A DNA stretch of 63,573 nt, filler included, from Octopus bimaculoides (GCF_001194135.2; 6 parts of 6 records of this genome joined end to end with filler, not necessarily neighbours in it), one strand, 5' to 3'. Positions 25,476 through 38,150 are shown, numbered from the whole stretch's first letter. Numbers and translations: made by a program. The notes: generated by a model not told the origin, from the sequence alone.

Positions 25476-25962
25476 AGAGTGAGAAAGAGAGAGAGAATGG
25501 GTAGATAGATGGATGTTATTCTTAAAATACTGATTTATGATAGGGATTTATCTCCCTTGTTACATCATGTTTGGAAGTAGAGATCCCCACTACTTGTGCA
25601 TGCACATACACATACAATGACATATATTCATCCATGTACATGCTAAATATGAAATATTTAAACGATTGAGAGATAAATAGATAGATAGATAGAGAGAGAG
25701 AAGGAGAGAGAGAATAACAAACAAAGAGAGAGAGAGAGAGAGAGGGAGAGTGAATGAGTGAGTGAGTGTGTGAAGACTAGGTAAATACAAGAGGAGTAGA
25801 GTGAAGAAAGAAAAGAAGAAAAATGTTTTGGAAAAAGGCTGGAAAAGTAAATTTCTGAAGGCATTAGTAAAGCAGGGGGGAAACCTACAAATATCTGAAG
25901 ATGTATCTAGAGCAAGGAGCATAATAAACGAAAACGGGGAATATTATGTTGCATATGTCCAG

Positions 25963-26030
25963 TGCCTGAATATGAATTTTCTCACGTTGATGCAGTGGGC
26001 GAAGATATCCATATTAACCTTGAAATAAAA
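25963..26030 (+). CDS. Candidate 68-nt exon A: (V)PEYEFSHVDAVGEDIHINLEIK
   Basis: Acceptor TATGTTGCATATGTCCAG, weak donor AAA/GTTTGG; only the phase 1 to phase 0 frame is open. The frame is also open upstream to 25911 (SKEHNKRKRGILCCICP), so the exon could be longer. Confidence 0.4.
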
Positions 26031-26088
26031 GTTTGGGTTCGTTGGTTTTTGTAAATTCCTTAGAATTGTGTCCTTCTGTGTTTTGTAG

Positions 26089-26156
26089 GATATACATCTC
26101 TTGGTAGCATTCATGAACGGTCTCGATTTTACATGGATCTTTCAGCTGATGTAAAA
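26089..26156 (+). CDS. Candidate 68-nt exon B: (G)YTSLGSIHERSRFYMDLSADVK
   Basis: Strong acceptor TCCTTCTGTGTTTTGTAG and donor AAA/GTATGA; only the phase 1 to phase 0 frame is open. Confidence 0.55.
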
Positions 26157-26380
26157 GTATGACATGTGTGTATGTCTGTGTGTGGAGAGAGGAAGAGAGA
26201 GAGTGAGTGAAAGTGAGAAAGAGAGAAAAAGAGAGAAAGAATAATTTTCTATTGTTTTCAATACTTAATCTTTTGTTAATCTAGGATGAATTATTTCAAA
26301 TTATGAAAGGAAAGAGGAGTGTAGGTCATATATTATACTCTATGTTTCGTATGAAATTACTGCTTACCTGTACTGATTTA

Positions 26381-26418
<38 letters not shown>

Positions 26419-26494
26419 CGCTACCATCTTTGAGAAAAGTTTGGTTAGGACAGTTCAATTTCATTTTGATCTATACAAACATATTTTGTTCCAG

Positions 26495-26536
26495 TGGAAA
26501 AGACTTTCTAAGCTATCGGCCTCAGATAAAGAATAT
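26495..26536 (+). CDS. Candidate 42-nt exon: WKRLSKLSASDKEY
   Basis: Acceptor ATATTTTGTTCCAG, donor TAT/GTCAGC. Its phase 0 start is compatible with exon A or B. Confidence 0.4.
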
Positions 26537-26605
26537 GTCAGCTATAATATTGTTATTTTCATGCTATCTAGGTCTCTTATCAACTGAAGTCTTGCAGTCT
26601 CATTA

Positions 26606-26636
<31 letters not shown>

Positions 26637-26793
26637 CCCATTCTCTCTCTCTCTTTCTCTATCTATCTCCCATTCTCTCTCTCCCATTCTCTCTTTCTCT
26701 CTCTCTCTCTCTATCTATCTATCTATAAATCAATACATATATACATATGTACATATGCGCGCACACACACACACACACGCACACACACACGCA

Positions 26794-26825
<32 letters not shown>

Positions 26826-27085
26826 CACACACATGCACACAGAGGCAAATTTATCTACATTGTTAGTGTGACATGAGAAGGGAATTCTGACATTTCAAGC
26901 AGAGCTAATTTTATCCATTTCCCCCATCCCACTAAGTCACAATACATCCCCTCCCACCCCACACAGAAAAGACTTTTGTTTTTCCGTAAATTGACTATAA
27001 GACATAATGGCATAACAATCTTTGTGAATTATTAAATTCAATAGATGCCAACATATTAGCCCCATGGTGTGGACAAGTCAATACA

Positions 27086-27137
<52 letters not shown>

Positions 27138-27483
27138 AGATTTCATATATGAAATATTGCTCTCTCTCCTCACACCTTCTCTCTCTCTCTCTCACACCTT
27201 TTCTCTCTCTCTCTCACACACCCATTTACAGCTATTGTATACATATTATTTCTCAATCTTGACCATAATAGAAATCTTGTCACAGGTGAACCATATTTGA
27301 ACCATACTTATATACATGCATTGTAACCAATGCTGGACTCCCTCCAATAGTCACTTGGCCTGTTAGAAACAGCAGCATGATATCTCTCAATTGACATCTT
27401 ATCATGTTAAGAAAAAGGAAGAACATGTTAGATAATGGAAATCATAGATATGCCACTAAAAAAACCAAATGGTCACAGTTGCA

Positions 27484-27843
27484 ATCATCATCATCATCAT
27501 CATTATTTAACGTCCGCTTTCCATGCTAGCATGGGTTGGACGAGTTGACTGAGGACTGGCAAGCCAGAAGGCTGTACCAGATTCCAATCTGATCTGTCAG
27601 AGTTTCTACAGCTGGATGCCCTTCCTAACGCCAACCACTCCGAGAGTGTAGTGAGTGCTTTTACATACCACCGGCACGAGGGCCAGTCACATGGTACTGG
27701 CAATGGCCACGCTCAAAAAGGTGTTTTTTAAGTGCCACCTGCACGGGAGCCAGTCCAGCGGCACTGGCAACGATCTCGCTCAAATGTCTTTTCACGTGCC
27801 ACTGGCACAAGTGCCAGTAAGGCGACGCTGGTAACAATCACGC
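27484..27843 (-). mobile_element. Family C copy
   Basis: (CAT)n tail and family core. Confidence 0.85.
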
Positions 27844-28126
27844 AATGCCTTTGATAATTGCTCTCCTTGAACAGGCCTTTCCAGGAGCTAAACAACAATA
27901 GTATATAGAAAACTCAATGAGTTTATACATCTAGTGAGCAAGGAAAACAATTCTAATTAATTAAAACTCACCACCTATTACTGAGCAAGTTAACATTTCC
28001 CATGGCCAGACATGGAAAACTGGAGACACACAATATCACTTTGTATGATGGTGATGCTCAGTTTCAATCATCATGATATCAAGACAATGATACCATATAC
28101 GTACATATGCATACATACATACATAT

Positions 28127-28528
28127 TTACCTCTGCCAAGGAAGGAGGTTATGTCTTCATCAACATTGGTTTGTCCGTCTGTCCGTCTGTGTGCAAAATA
28201 ACTCAAAAAGTTGTGAATGGTATTTGATGAAATTTGCAGAAAAAGTTGGTAATGATACAAGAAACAGATGATGAAATTTTGGTAGTGATCCGGGAATTTT
28301 TATGGATTCTTGAAGGATTTTTCATTTGTTATATTTACTTTACATGAAGTATTACAATGTTACGTTCTTTGATTATCTCCCTTGAAAACGCGTTCATTGT
28401 TTCCATGTAACCTATGGTGGTGTTGCTGTTTCCAAAGTTTATTTTCGTTTCTCTATTAGTAATTTTACTTGCGTATCTATCTTAAAATGAGCTTGGCGGA
28501 GGTCTGCGCTCTCTGAGTGTTTTTCTAG
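28127..28528 (+). mobile_element. Helentron-associated non-autonomous element (HINE/DINE-1-like)
   Basis: Subterminal inverted repeats CCTCTGCCAAG / CTTGGCGGAGG (10/11), a GTCY microsatellite near the 5' end, a 3' stem-loop (GCGCTCTCTGAGTG), and T-rich ends. Confidence 0.8.
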
Positions 28529-28588
<60 letters not shown>

Positions 28589-28657
28589 GTCTGTCTCTCT
28601 CTATCTCTGTCTGCCTGTCTGTCTCTCTCCCTCTCTCTTTCTCCCCCCCTCTCTCTC

Positions 28658-28694
28658 TCTATATATAAAAATGAGAATGTGTGTCTGTGTGTGT

Positions 28695-28725
<31 letters not shown>

Positions 28726-28904
28726 AATCCCTAAAACTCGAGAACTACGCAACCAATTTCATTCAAATTTTACAGATGCCTTACTTAGGGTTCCAGTTGT
28801 GTTTTAGTCAAAAAAATTTTTAACTTCTTGCAGAGTTCGAGCCCACGGCAACATAATATCTCCTCCACTATTTAAGTATTACGTGTCAAAAGTGAAACAA
28901 AAAC
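28658..28904 (+). mobile_element. 5' end of a Helitron-like non-autonomous element, cut by a gap
   Basis: Starts TCTATATATAAAAATGAGAATG, followed by (TG)n and AACCAATTTCATTCAAATTTT. Confidence 0.55.
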
Positions 28905-29004
28905 NNNNNNNNNNNNNNNNNNNNNNNNNNNNNNNNNNNNNNNNNNNNTTAATTAATTAANNNNNNNNNNNNNNNNNNNNNNNNNNNNNNNNNNNNNNNN
29001 NNNN

Positions 29005-29064
<60 letters not shown>

Positions 29065-29089
29065 TATGCGTGTATATATACACATACAT

Positions 29090-29137
<48 letters not shown>

Positions 29138-29276
29138 GTGTGTATGTGTGTGTGTGTCTGTATTACAAAACAGGAAGTTGGAAAGTTATGCGTATGATTA
29201 TTGAGTATGAGTGCCTAAGATCCAGTTTCATTTTTAGCACTTGTCACTTTTTATCACTTATTGAGTTATTCAACAG

Positions 29277-29309
29277 AGATTTGCGTCGAACGTTTAAAAA
29301 TAAGCCCAA
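29277..29309 (+). CDS. Candidate 33-nt exon: (R)[10 protein letters not shown](N)
   Basis: Acceptor GAGTTATTCAACAG (alternative acceptor at 29237), donor CAA/GTAAAC, phase 2 to phase 2. Confidence 0.35.
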
Positions 29310-29372
29310 GTAAACAAGGCTTTTACATACACTTTTGAAAGTCATCAGCAATATTTACTCTATATATTTCAG

Positions 29373-29400
29373 TGTTGCGGCTGCAAACAGTCTTGTGTAA
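29373..29400 (+). CDS. Candidate terminal coding exon: (N)VAAANSLV*
   Basis: Acceptor ACTCTATATATTTCAG after a 63-nt intron; phase matches the preceding exon; ends in an S-x-V stop. Confidence 0.35.
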
Positions 29401-30190
29401 CGGACGAGAAAGAAATATTGAGATATATTTTATTTATTGAATAATGCTGTAGATATAGAAATATAGAGTAGCCTGCTAGTTTTTTGAGTGGTGCCAATAC
29501 GTTCCATTTACAAATAATTTATGCAACTTGACTACAAATGAATCCCAAACTCTTAATTTTCTTATTCTGACCTGCTACTTTAGCCATCTGGCACACTGGC
29601 GGTGTTGGAACATAGTACTGTCAGTTAGTTGTTATGTTGAATGTTGAGCAAACGAACAAATCCCGCCCTGGTACACATGTATATATATGTGTGTGTGTGT
29701 GTGTGTGTATAAATATAGACACTTATACATATTCTTATAATGCATGGGCAAATATATGCACACAAAATGTTATATACACATATGTAGCTGTATGTTTATA
29801 TATATATATGTATGTATATACGTATATATGTCATATGCATGTATGCATATATTTAATGTAGGTATATTTGTTTATGTGTGCGAGTATATGTGCAAATCTA
29901 TCGACCAAATTTTAGCTTATTTATGCATTTATTGAAATACTTCACGGGAAACTATTTAAAAAGATACACAGTATTAATGGTAATTATTTTGATAATGTAT
30001 TCTAGCACAATCCAGATAATTATAATTATCATTTTAGTTGGCCAATATAAATGTAATTCTGATAATTTGAAGTCAAGTTTGATAAGGGGCCAATGCACGG
30101 AACTTTATCACCTGAGTCATTCTGTAATGTCCACCATTTACCCAAAATAAATGCATACATACCTCAATACACACACACACTCACATACAC

Positions 30191-30253
<63 letters not shown>

Positions 30254-30547
30254 NNNNNNNNNNNNNNNNNNNNNNNNNNNNNNNNNNNNNNNNNNNNNNN
30301 NNNNNNNNNNNNNNNNNNNNNNNNNNNNNNNNNNNNNNNNNNNNNNNNNNNNNNNNNNNNNNNNNNNNNNNNNNNNNNNNNNNNNNNNNNNNNNNNNNNN
30401 NNNNNNNNNNNNNNNNNNNNNNNNNNNNNNNNNNNNNNNNNNNNNNNNNNNNNNNNNNNNNNNNNNNNNNNNNNNNNNNNNNNNNNNNNNNNNNNTATAT
30501 ATATATATATATATATGAATGCATACATATACATGCATATACACATA

Positions 30548-31429
30548 CCTGGTCTGATCAATAAATATCAAGACTGTTACCATAGTAACGAAGCTAATGT
30601 ACACAGCGTCAAGCCGTTTGACAAAGATTGACCTTAAAATCTGCTGTGCATGTGCACAGAGTTTTAACGCTCTAGCTCACTGCCTCTATTTACAGCAGTG
30701 ATTGGAAGGAACGTGTGTAGCGTGTGAAGGTCGCATTAACCATGACAGAGAAAGCTGTCATGGCGATACCTGCTCAGAAGCCTACGCAAAGTAGCAGAAA
30801 GTTTATGGAGAGAAGAGTATGAATCGCACATGTGTGCGAGTGGTTCAGACGTTTCCAAGATGGCCGATAAAAAATTAGATATTGACGACATTTCTGAGAT
30901 ACCCGCAACCAGCATAACTGAGTAAAACATCGCAGATGTGCATGCACCTATGAAGGGAAATCGTCGAATCACCATTCGCGAGTTATCAGATGTTCAGATT
31001 AGTTACGGTTCAATTCAGTCCATTAGTATTGAATATTTGGGTATGAGACACTGTCTGCTAAGTTTGTGCCAAAACTGCTTTCATCTGACCAAAAGGACAC
31101 TCGGGTTTTAGTTGCACAAGATATTGATTGTGTCGAGAGCGACGAAAACTTTTTGAAAGCATAGGCCTCTAAGCAGGTATTGCCAAACTTTAAGCAAAAT
31201 TTGATGCAAATTCTCTGCTCAACTTCCGATGTCAGGGCCAATGCCACGGTCACACGATAAACGCTTTCCTTCCAAACACTGCTGTACACAGCGGAAGTGG
31301 ACTAGTACGTTAAAACTACTTGCGCATGCACAGCAGACTTGACGGTCAATCTGTGCCAAGCGGCTTCACTCTGCATGCTTTATCTTCGTTACTATAGCAA
31401 CAGTCCGGATACCTATTGATGAGACCACG
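30548..31429. mobile_element. Fold-back mariner derivative with two inverted 5' ends
   Basis: TA at 30546-47 and 31430-31. The left part carries a decayed + strand transposase N-terminus. The right ~280 bp is an inverted copy of the 5' end, encoding TSEVEQRICIKFCLKFGNTCLEAY on the minus strand. Confidence 0.8.
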
Positions 31430-31683
31430 TATGCATATATATATATATATGCATACATACATGCAAACATACATACTTACATACATACATACATACATGC
31501 ATACATATCTACATACATACATACATGCATAAGCAACAGGACATCAAGTAATGATGCAGTACGACCGTTTCAAGAGACTACATTTAATTCAACAATGCAA
31601 TCATTACATCAATTTAAATGCAGTGCCATCTTCATCTGCACAAATAAATAAATTGGATGTTAACGAGTAGGACACATTAATAT

Positions 31684-31905
31684 AATTTTTCTTATATATT
31701 TTAACAGGGCAAGAAGATAGAAGAAATTAATGTCGCTGTTGTAGCTAAGAACAGACTACAACTTCAAAGAATCGCATGGAGCATAGTGGGGTCATAGGGT
31801 TGGAAGGGCTGTAATTCATTTTTAATTCATATGTCTCTTTATCAACTACTAAATCTAAGACTAGAAGACTGTGTTTATATTGAATAAAAGACAAGGGTGA
31901 GATGA
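31684..31905. repeat. Left arm of a long inverted repeat (partner ~34225-34440)
   Basis: Includes the exact 36-mer AAGAATCGCATGGAGCATAGTGGGGTCATAGGGTTG, found reverse-complemented in the right arm. Confidence 0.85.
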
Positions 31906-32095
31906 CCTTCATAGCTGCATGCACATCTGTGATGTTTTTCAAGGTTCTGCTGGTTGCTTGTCCCCCAGAACTTTCGTCAATGACGAAATACTTTTGGTCA
32001 TCATGGAAACGTCTGAACCATTCGTACTATTGTGTGCGGCTCATGCTCTCCTCTCTATACACTTTCTGCTACTTTGTGTAGGCCTCTGAAAAAAC
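31905..32095 (-). mobile_element. Mariner transposase HTH fragment, same family as 30548-31429
   Basis: Minus strand: KVYREESMSRTQ*YEWFRRFHD...KNITDVHAAMK. Confidence 0.7.
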
Positions 32096-33409
32096 TATTT
32101 TTCATCTTTTAGACTTAAACATTAAGCTAATAGTACGTCCTTATCTAATAAGATTTGGGAACTGAAAGAAAGCGGGACCGGATTTAGCCTTAAATGAGAT
32201 TTAATACGGACAGCGCAGCCTTATAGAGACTGTCGATATGGGTGTGAGCTGTGCTTTATGGCAGCTTATGAGATTTTTAAGTATAGGGACAAGAACAACC
32301 TGATTAATAATAGGTTAGACCTAAGGGTATCATGCATAGCGTCACCCGTACATTTAAGTATCTTCGAAGCTAACGATTATAGTTACCATACTTTAACTTA
32401 GATGGTGGAAATTAATTTTGGTGTCGTATCCCTTGTAAACTTACCCTCCAGTATTAAATATTAAAAAAATCATGTGATATTATATTATATGGTGAATTAT
32501 ATTGCATTACATACGTTATATACTATGTGTTGTGGTATGTCGTGGGCTATATATAATACTATCCCAGGATAACTCCTGCCTAGTTAGTCTGACGTCAGCC
32601 TATTTTGGTGATTACATTATTTTCCTTTCTATGATGTTCTACTCTACTGATCATATTTTGTATACTTGTAGTAACTTTATGTAAGTAAGTCTCCTTTTGA
32701 CTATATCATATACCCCCTAGAAACTATAAAATCATACATACAACAACACCTGTAACATTACAACTTATAAAAATCTCTTCGGTCTGAATACATTTAACTG
32801 CCCTCACTACTTACATACCGATTACTCCCTCCTTTCGGGTTACCTTTANNNNNNNNNNNNNNNNNNNNNNNNNNNNNNNNNNNNNNNNNNNNNNNNNNNN
32901 NNNNNNNNNNNNNNNNNNNNNNNNNNNNNNNNNNNNNNNNNNNNNNNNNNNNNNNNNNNNNNNNNNNNNNNNNNNNNNNNNNNNNNNNNNNNNNNNNNNN
33001 NNNNNNNNNNNNNNNNNNNNNNNNNNNNNNNNNNNNNNNNNNNNNNNNNNNNNNNNNNNNNNNNNNNNNNNNNNNNNNNNNNNNNNNNNNNNNNNNNNNN
33101 NNNNNNNNNNNNNNNNNNNNNNNNNNNNNNNNNNNNNNNNNNNNNNNNNNNNNNNNNNNNNNNNNNNNNNNNNNNNNNNNNNNNNNNNNNNNNNNNNNNN
33201 NNNNNNNNNNNNNNNNNNNNNNNNNNNNNNNNNNNNNNNNNNNNNNNNNNNNNNNNNNNNNNNNNNNNNNNNNNNNNNNNNNNNNNNNNNNNNNNNNNNN
33301 NNNNNNNNNNNNNNNNNNNNNNNNNNNNNNNNNNNNNNNNNNNNNNNNNNNNNNNNNNNNNNNNNNNNNNNNNNNNNNNNNNNNNNNNNNNNNNNNNNNN
33401 NNNNNNNNA

Positions 33410-33675
33410 TTTGGTAGACGGAAACTGAAAGAAGCCTGTCGTATATATGTATATATATATGTTTGTGTGTGTGTGTTTGTATGTCTGTGTTTGTCCCCCC
33501 AACATCGCTTGACAACCGATGCTAGTGTGTTTATGTCCCCGTAACTTAGCGGTTCGGCAAAAGAGACCGATAGAATAAGTACTGGGCTTCCAAAGAATAA
33601 GTCCTGGGGTCGATTTGCTCGACTAAAGGCGGTGCTCCAGCATGGCCACAGTCAAAAGACTGAAACAAGTAATAG
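33410..33675 (+). mobile_element. SINE family A, 3' part after a gap
   Basis: TTGGTAGACGGAAACTGAAAGAAGCC ... GGCGGTGCTCCAGCATGGCC. Confidence 0.85.
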
Positions 33676-34224
33676 AGTACTAGAGATATATATGTGTGTG
33701 TGTGTGTGTGTGTGTATTTCTAAGCATTTTTACACTTTTCTGATTTATGGCTTAAAATTAGTAGATAGTATGTATATCTCCAATTATTCCATATGTAAAT
33801 GCCTTGAGCAGTCTTTATAGAAACCACCTAATAAGTAATTAATACAGTACATGAATGAATATTAAACTGGTTCTATGTAATCTTTCCTTTTTAATGTTTA
33901 TAATTGATATGTACACACCTTTTACCTATATTGGTTGCGATATCATTTTTGAAATTCTTAAATTTTATTTTTATACAAAATAACAATATTGTTTATAAAC
34001 AATCACACATAGTGCCCCTAAATAAAATTTCCTCTGTATTAACAGCTTAGGTTTCTTAGTATCTTGCCCCTTTTAACTGGTAATTAACATCATGATTTAA
34101 AGTCTACTCCTACCCTGCCTCTTTTATAGACACTTACTTATATCCAACTGACTACGCCTTATTTCTTCCTTGGGGAAAAGGGATGCGCATGATAATATTT
34201 ATGACCATACCTAGCCATGAGCTG

Positions 34225-34440
34225 TCAACTAACTCTTGTCTTTCATTCAAAATAGGCACAGACTTCTAGTCTTAGATTTAATAGTTGATAAAGAGATAAG
34301 TAAATTAGAAATGAATTACAACCCTATGACCCCACTATGCTCCATGCGATTCTTAGAAGTTGTAGTCTTTCTTTAGCTACAATAGTGACAACATGAATTT
34401 TTTTCCATCTTCTTGCTCTGTTAAAATATTTAAGAAAAAA
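34225..34440. repeat. Right arm of the long inverted repeat
   Basis: Reverse complement of ~31684-31905. Confidence 0.85.
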
Positions 34441-34554
34441 TATCCCTTCTTGATATCCTGTTGCTTATTTTGATTTTATTCCCCTTAATTCGAGATGTGC
34501 TTCAACTTAAGATGCACTTGAAGAAACAGCTGGAATTTTACCCTACCTACATTA

Positions 34555-34585
<31 letters not shown>

Positions 34586-35639
34586 NNNNNNNNNNNNNNN
34601 NNNNNNNNNNNNNNNNNNNNNNNNNNNNNNNNNNNNNNNNNNNNNNNNNNNNNNNNNNNNNNNNNNNNNNNNNNNNNNNNNNNNNNNNNNNNNNNNNNNN
34701 NNNNNNNNNNNNNNNNNNNNNNNNNNNNNNNNNNNNNNNNNNNNNNNNNNNNNNNNNNNNNNNNNNNNNNNNNNNNNNNNNNNNNNNNNNNNNNNNNNNN
34801 NNNNNNNNNNNNNNNNNNNNNNNNNNNNNNNNNNNNNNNNNNNNNNNNNNNNNNNNNNNNNNNNNNNNNNNNNNNNNNNNNNNNNNNNNNNNNNNNNNNN
34901 NNNNNNNNNNNNNNNNNNNNNNNNNNNNNNNNNNNNNNNNNNNNNNNNNNNNNNNNNNNNNNNNNNNNNNNNNNNNNNNNNNNNNNNNNNNNNNNNNNNN
35001 NNNNNNNNNNNNNNNNNNNNNNNNNNNNNNNNNNNNNNNNNNNNNNNNNNNNNNNNNNNNNNNNNNNNNNNNNNNNNNNNNNNNNNNNNNNNNNNNNNNN
35101 NNNNNNNNNNNNNNNNNNNNNNNNNNNNNNNNNNNNNNNNNNNNNNNNNNNNNNNNNNNNNNNNNNNNNNNNNNNNNNNNNNNNNNNNNNNNNNNNNNNN
35201 NNNNNNNNNNNNNNNNNNNNNNNNNNNNNNNNNNNNNNNNNNNNNNNNNNNNNNNNNNNNNNNNNNNNNNNNNNNNNNNNNNNNNNNNNNNNNNNNNNNN
35301 NNNNNNNNNNNNNNNNNNNNNNNNNNNNNNNNNNNNNNNNNNNNNNNNNNNNNNNNNNNNNNNNNNNNNNNNNNNNNNNNNNNNNNNNNNNNNNNNNNNN
35401 NNNNNNNNNNNNNNNNNNNNNNNNNNNNNNNNNNNNNNNNNNTATATATATATATATATATATATATATGTGGGGTTTCACAATTTTTTCTCAACCACAT
35501 AGTCCTGGATTCAATCCAGTGCGTGGAACCTTGAGCAAGTTTCTTCCATCTTAACCTCGGGCCGACGAAACGTTTTGTGGGTGAAGATTTTGTAGATAGG
35601 AACTAAAAGTAGTCTGTGATATGTGTGTGTGTGTTGTAG

Positions 35640-36440
35640 TAGGCATCTGTCGGTCTCGAGAGGTCATGGATCTGCGCCCAAAGAATTCGTGTCAGCGGCT
35701 GGTGGTGGTGCAGCGTCTGTGGTGGCTATATAGGCCGACATGGGAGTGGCAGATACGCATACAGCGACTGCATTTGAAGGAGCTCTCTGCCGGTGCAGCT
35801 GATTTTTCCTTCCATCCATTGCGCTTTTCTCTGATGGTGAGTACCAGTTTTTTTCTGCTCTCTTCATCTCTTTATTCCCTTTCGCAGTATTTGTTTCTAT
35901 TGTGGGCAACCTCCTCACATCTTAAGACGACCAGATCAAGTGACTTCATATTTCTCTTACAGATATCTTTGAAACGAAGAAGATGTCCTCATGCTCTTGT
36001 GCCGGTAGCCAATTACCCATACAGGAGGTGTTTTGCGATCCTTCTGTCTGGCATGCGATGAACATGAACGAGCCAGCGCAATGACGTTGCTGGAATAAAA
36101 TGTGTATGCTGGGTATCTTGGCTCGTTTGAGGACTTCGGTGTTCTTGATGTGGTCGGTGTCCAAGATGTATCTTAAATTACGAAGATGAAAGACGTTGAG
36201 ACGGCGCTCCTGTTTAGACTAGTGGTTCCACGTCTTACTGCCATAAAGTAGCGTACTAAGGACGCACACCTTATAGACAACAATCTTGGTGTTTGCAGCC
36301 AGTTTTTTCCCCTAAACTCTCTTTGTGATCCTGGTAAATGTGGACGATGCTTGTCCGATTCGCCTGTTGATCTCAGGATCCAGGGAGAGGTCTTCAGCGA
36401 TGGTAGAACCGAGATAGTCATTCCATAAGTAATGTTGAAC
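35640..36440 (-). mobile_element. 5'-truncated RTE-clade LINE (post-RT region, C-terminal zinc finger, 3' tail)
   Basis: Frameshifted minus-strand translation includes TKIVVYKVCVLSTLLYGSKTW and DHIKNTEVLKRAKIPSIH, and ends FKCSRCMRICHSHVGLYSHHRRC. Tail GGCGCAGATCCATGACCTCTCGAGACCGACAGATGCC(TAC)n. Confidence 0.9.
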
Positions 36441-36574
36441 ATGTATAAACGCTTTAACAATATTTTAGGATGTATAATGCATCAAGCAATATCTATATGC
36501 ATTTGGACATATTTAAACCAATTAAATTTCATTTTCTAGTATAATCTGATTGAAATTTCACTAATTATAGCTCT

Positions 36575-37331
36575 TCAAACACTAAAGTATCTAAGGAGCA
36601 TTTTAGGCACGTACTGCTTTATAAGTTTAAAAAAGGGAACTCTGCAGCTGAAGCGATTCGAAATATTCACTCGCTTATGGAAAAGAGTGCCTGAAATAAA
36701 TAAAAAACTTGCAAAAGATAGTTTGTAAAATTCAGAAAGGTAAATTTTAGGCTTAAAGATGAGGCTCGAACAGGACATGCAATTGTGTTAGATGAAAAGC
36801 TCCTTTTGGCAGAAATTGTAAAAGATCATTTTCAGCTGAAGAATTAGCAAGCAAGCTTCGTTCAAACCATACAACTGTATACCGCCCTCTTCATCTTCAG
36901 GCCTTACTCCTTTAGATTACCATTTGTTCGTATTTTAAATGCATTAACCCTCGAAACAACTGAAGAAGTCGAAACTGGCATTTCGGAGTTCTTCTCTTCG
37001 GAACCAAAAGAGTTTTTCACTAATGTGATGAAAAAGCTTACGAGTTGATGGAAAGGTTTCATCTATACTATGTATAAAACAGAGATGTGTGTGTAATCGC
37101 TTTTCACGTGAAATCGACTTCACCAAATGCTTCCATACTTGTAATGCATGAATAATATGACCTCGGATAAATCTTAGGCTCTTCATTTGATTTTTTTAAT
37201 TAAAAATAAATAATATTGCTTTATATTTAAGATTCACTTCTTTAAAAAGGTTCCTCAATATCAATTTCCGGTATTGACGTAACAACCGCAAAAAGCTTCA
37301 CTCTCTATTTTGTGTGTTCGTGTGTATGAGA

Positions 37332-37390
<59 letters not shown>

Positions 37391-38144
37391 AATACTACAT
37401 ATACACCGCTCTCTCACTCTGTCTCACACACATACACAAGCACACACATACACACGTACACACACACCCCTTGACTCACTCACATTCTGTCTCTTACAAA
37501 CACACACATACATAAATGTATAAAAACATATTTACAAAGACACACGTGTATATGCGCGCGCGTGCGTGTTTGTAAGAGACAGAGTGTGAGTGAGTCAAGG
37601 GCTGTGTTGTCATATGCATACATCCAAAGATGTATGTATATTATGCATGTACGTATACATGACAATAAACCTCTCTCTCTCATTCACACTCTGTCTCTTA
37701 CAAACACACACATACATAAATGTATACAAACATATTTACAAAGACACACGTGTGTATGCGCGCGCGCGGGGGTCCACAATCGCCATTTATTTCAATTACT
37801 CTTCTGAGGATATTCACGTAAATCATTTTTTTCATTTAATCCCCATTTTAATTTTCGTAAAAGTTTCCAAGTACCAATGAGGCTTTTTGGCACATCTTCA
37901 ATTTTCCCCATTCATGAGAGGCGCCAGCCATCATTCATCTGAGAGTCCATCTACAGAATGTTCTCAAATTTCTATACAGCATATTTTGCCTCTTTTTCTT
38001 CAAGTATATAAGCAACAATTTCATTCCCGAGCAACGCCGGGTGCCTCTGCTAGTAGTTAATATAATGATGGAAACAATATTGACGACTAAGTTTCATTAA
38101 AATGTAAGATTTGTTCACTTGTTTTCCTTATTTAAAATCCGGAC

Positions 38145-38150
<6 letters not shown>
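36575..38150 (+). mobile_element. Internally deleted Mos1-like mariner interrupted by a Helitron
   Basis: RHVLLYKFKKGNSAAEAIRNI HTH region, then TPLDYHLF...EEVETGISEFFSSEPKEFF. The C-terminus resumes after 38053 and ends at a TIR-like ATCCGGACATTA(TA). Confidence 0.75.
37062..38053 (+). mobile_element. Non-autonomous Helitron, 992 bp
   Basis: 5' TC, subterminal hairpin CCCGAGCAACGCCGGG (38026-41), 3' CTAG; inserted between A and T with no TSD. Confidence 0.85.

Noticed and set aside
32100-32830. Possible NUMT or viral insert
   Set aside because: No recognisable mitochondrial rRNA or protein motif under the standard or invertebrate mitochondrial code; left unclassified.
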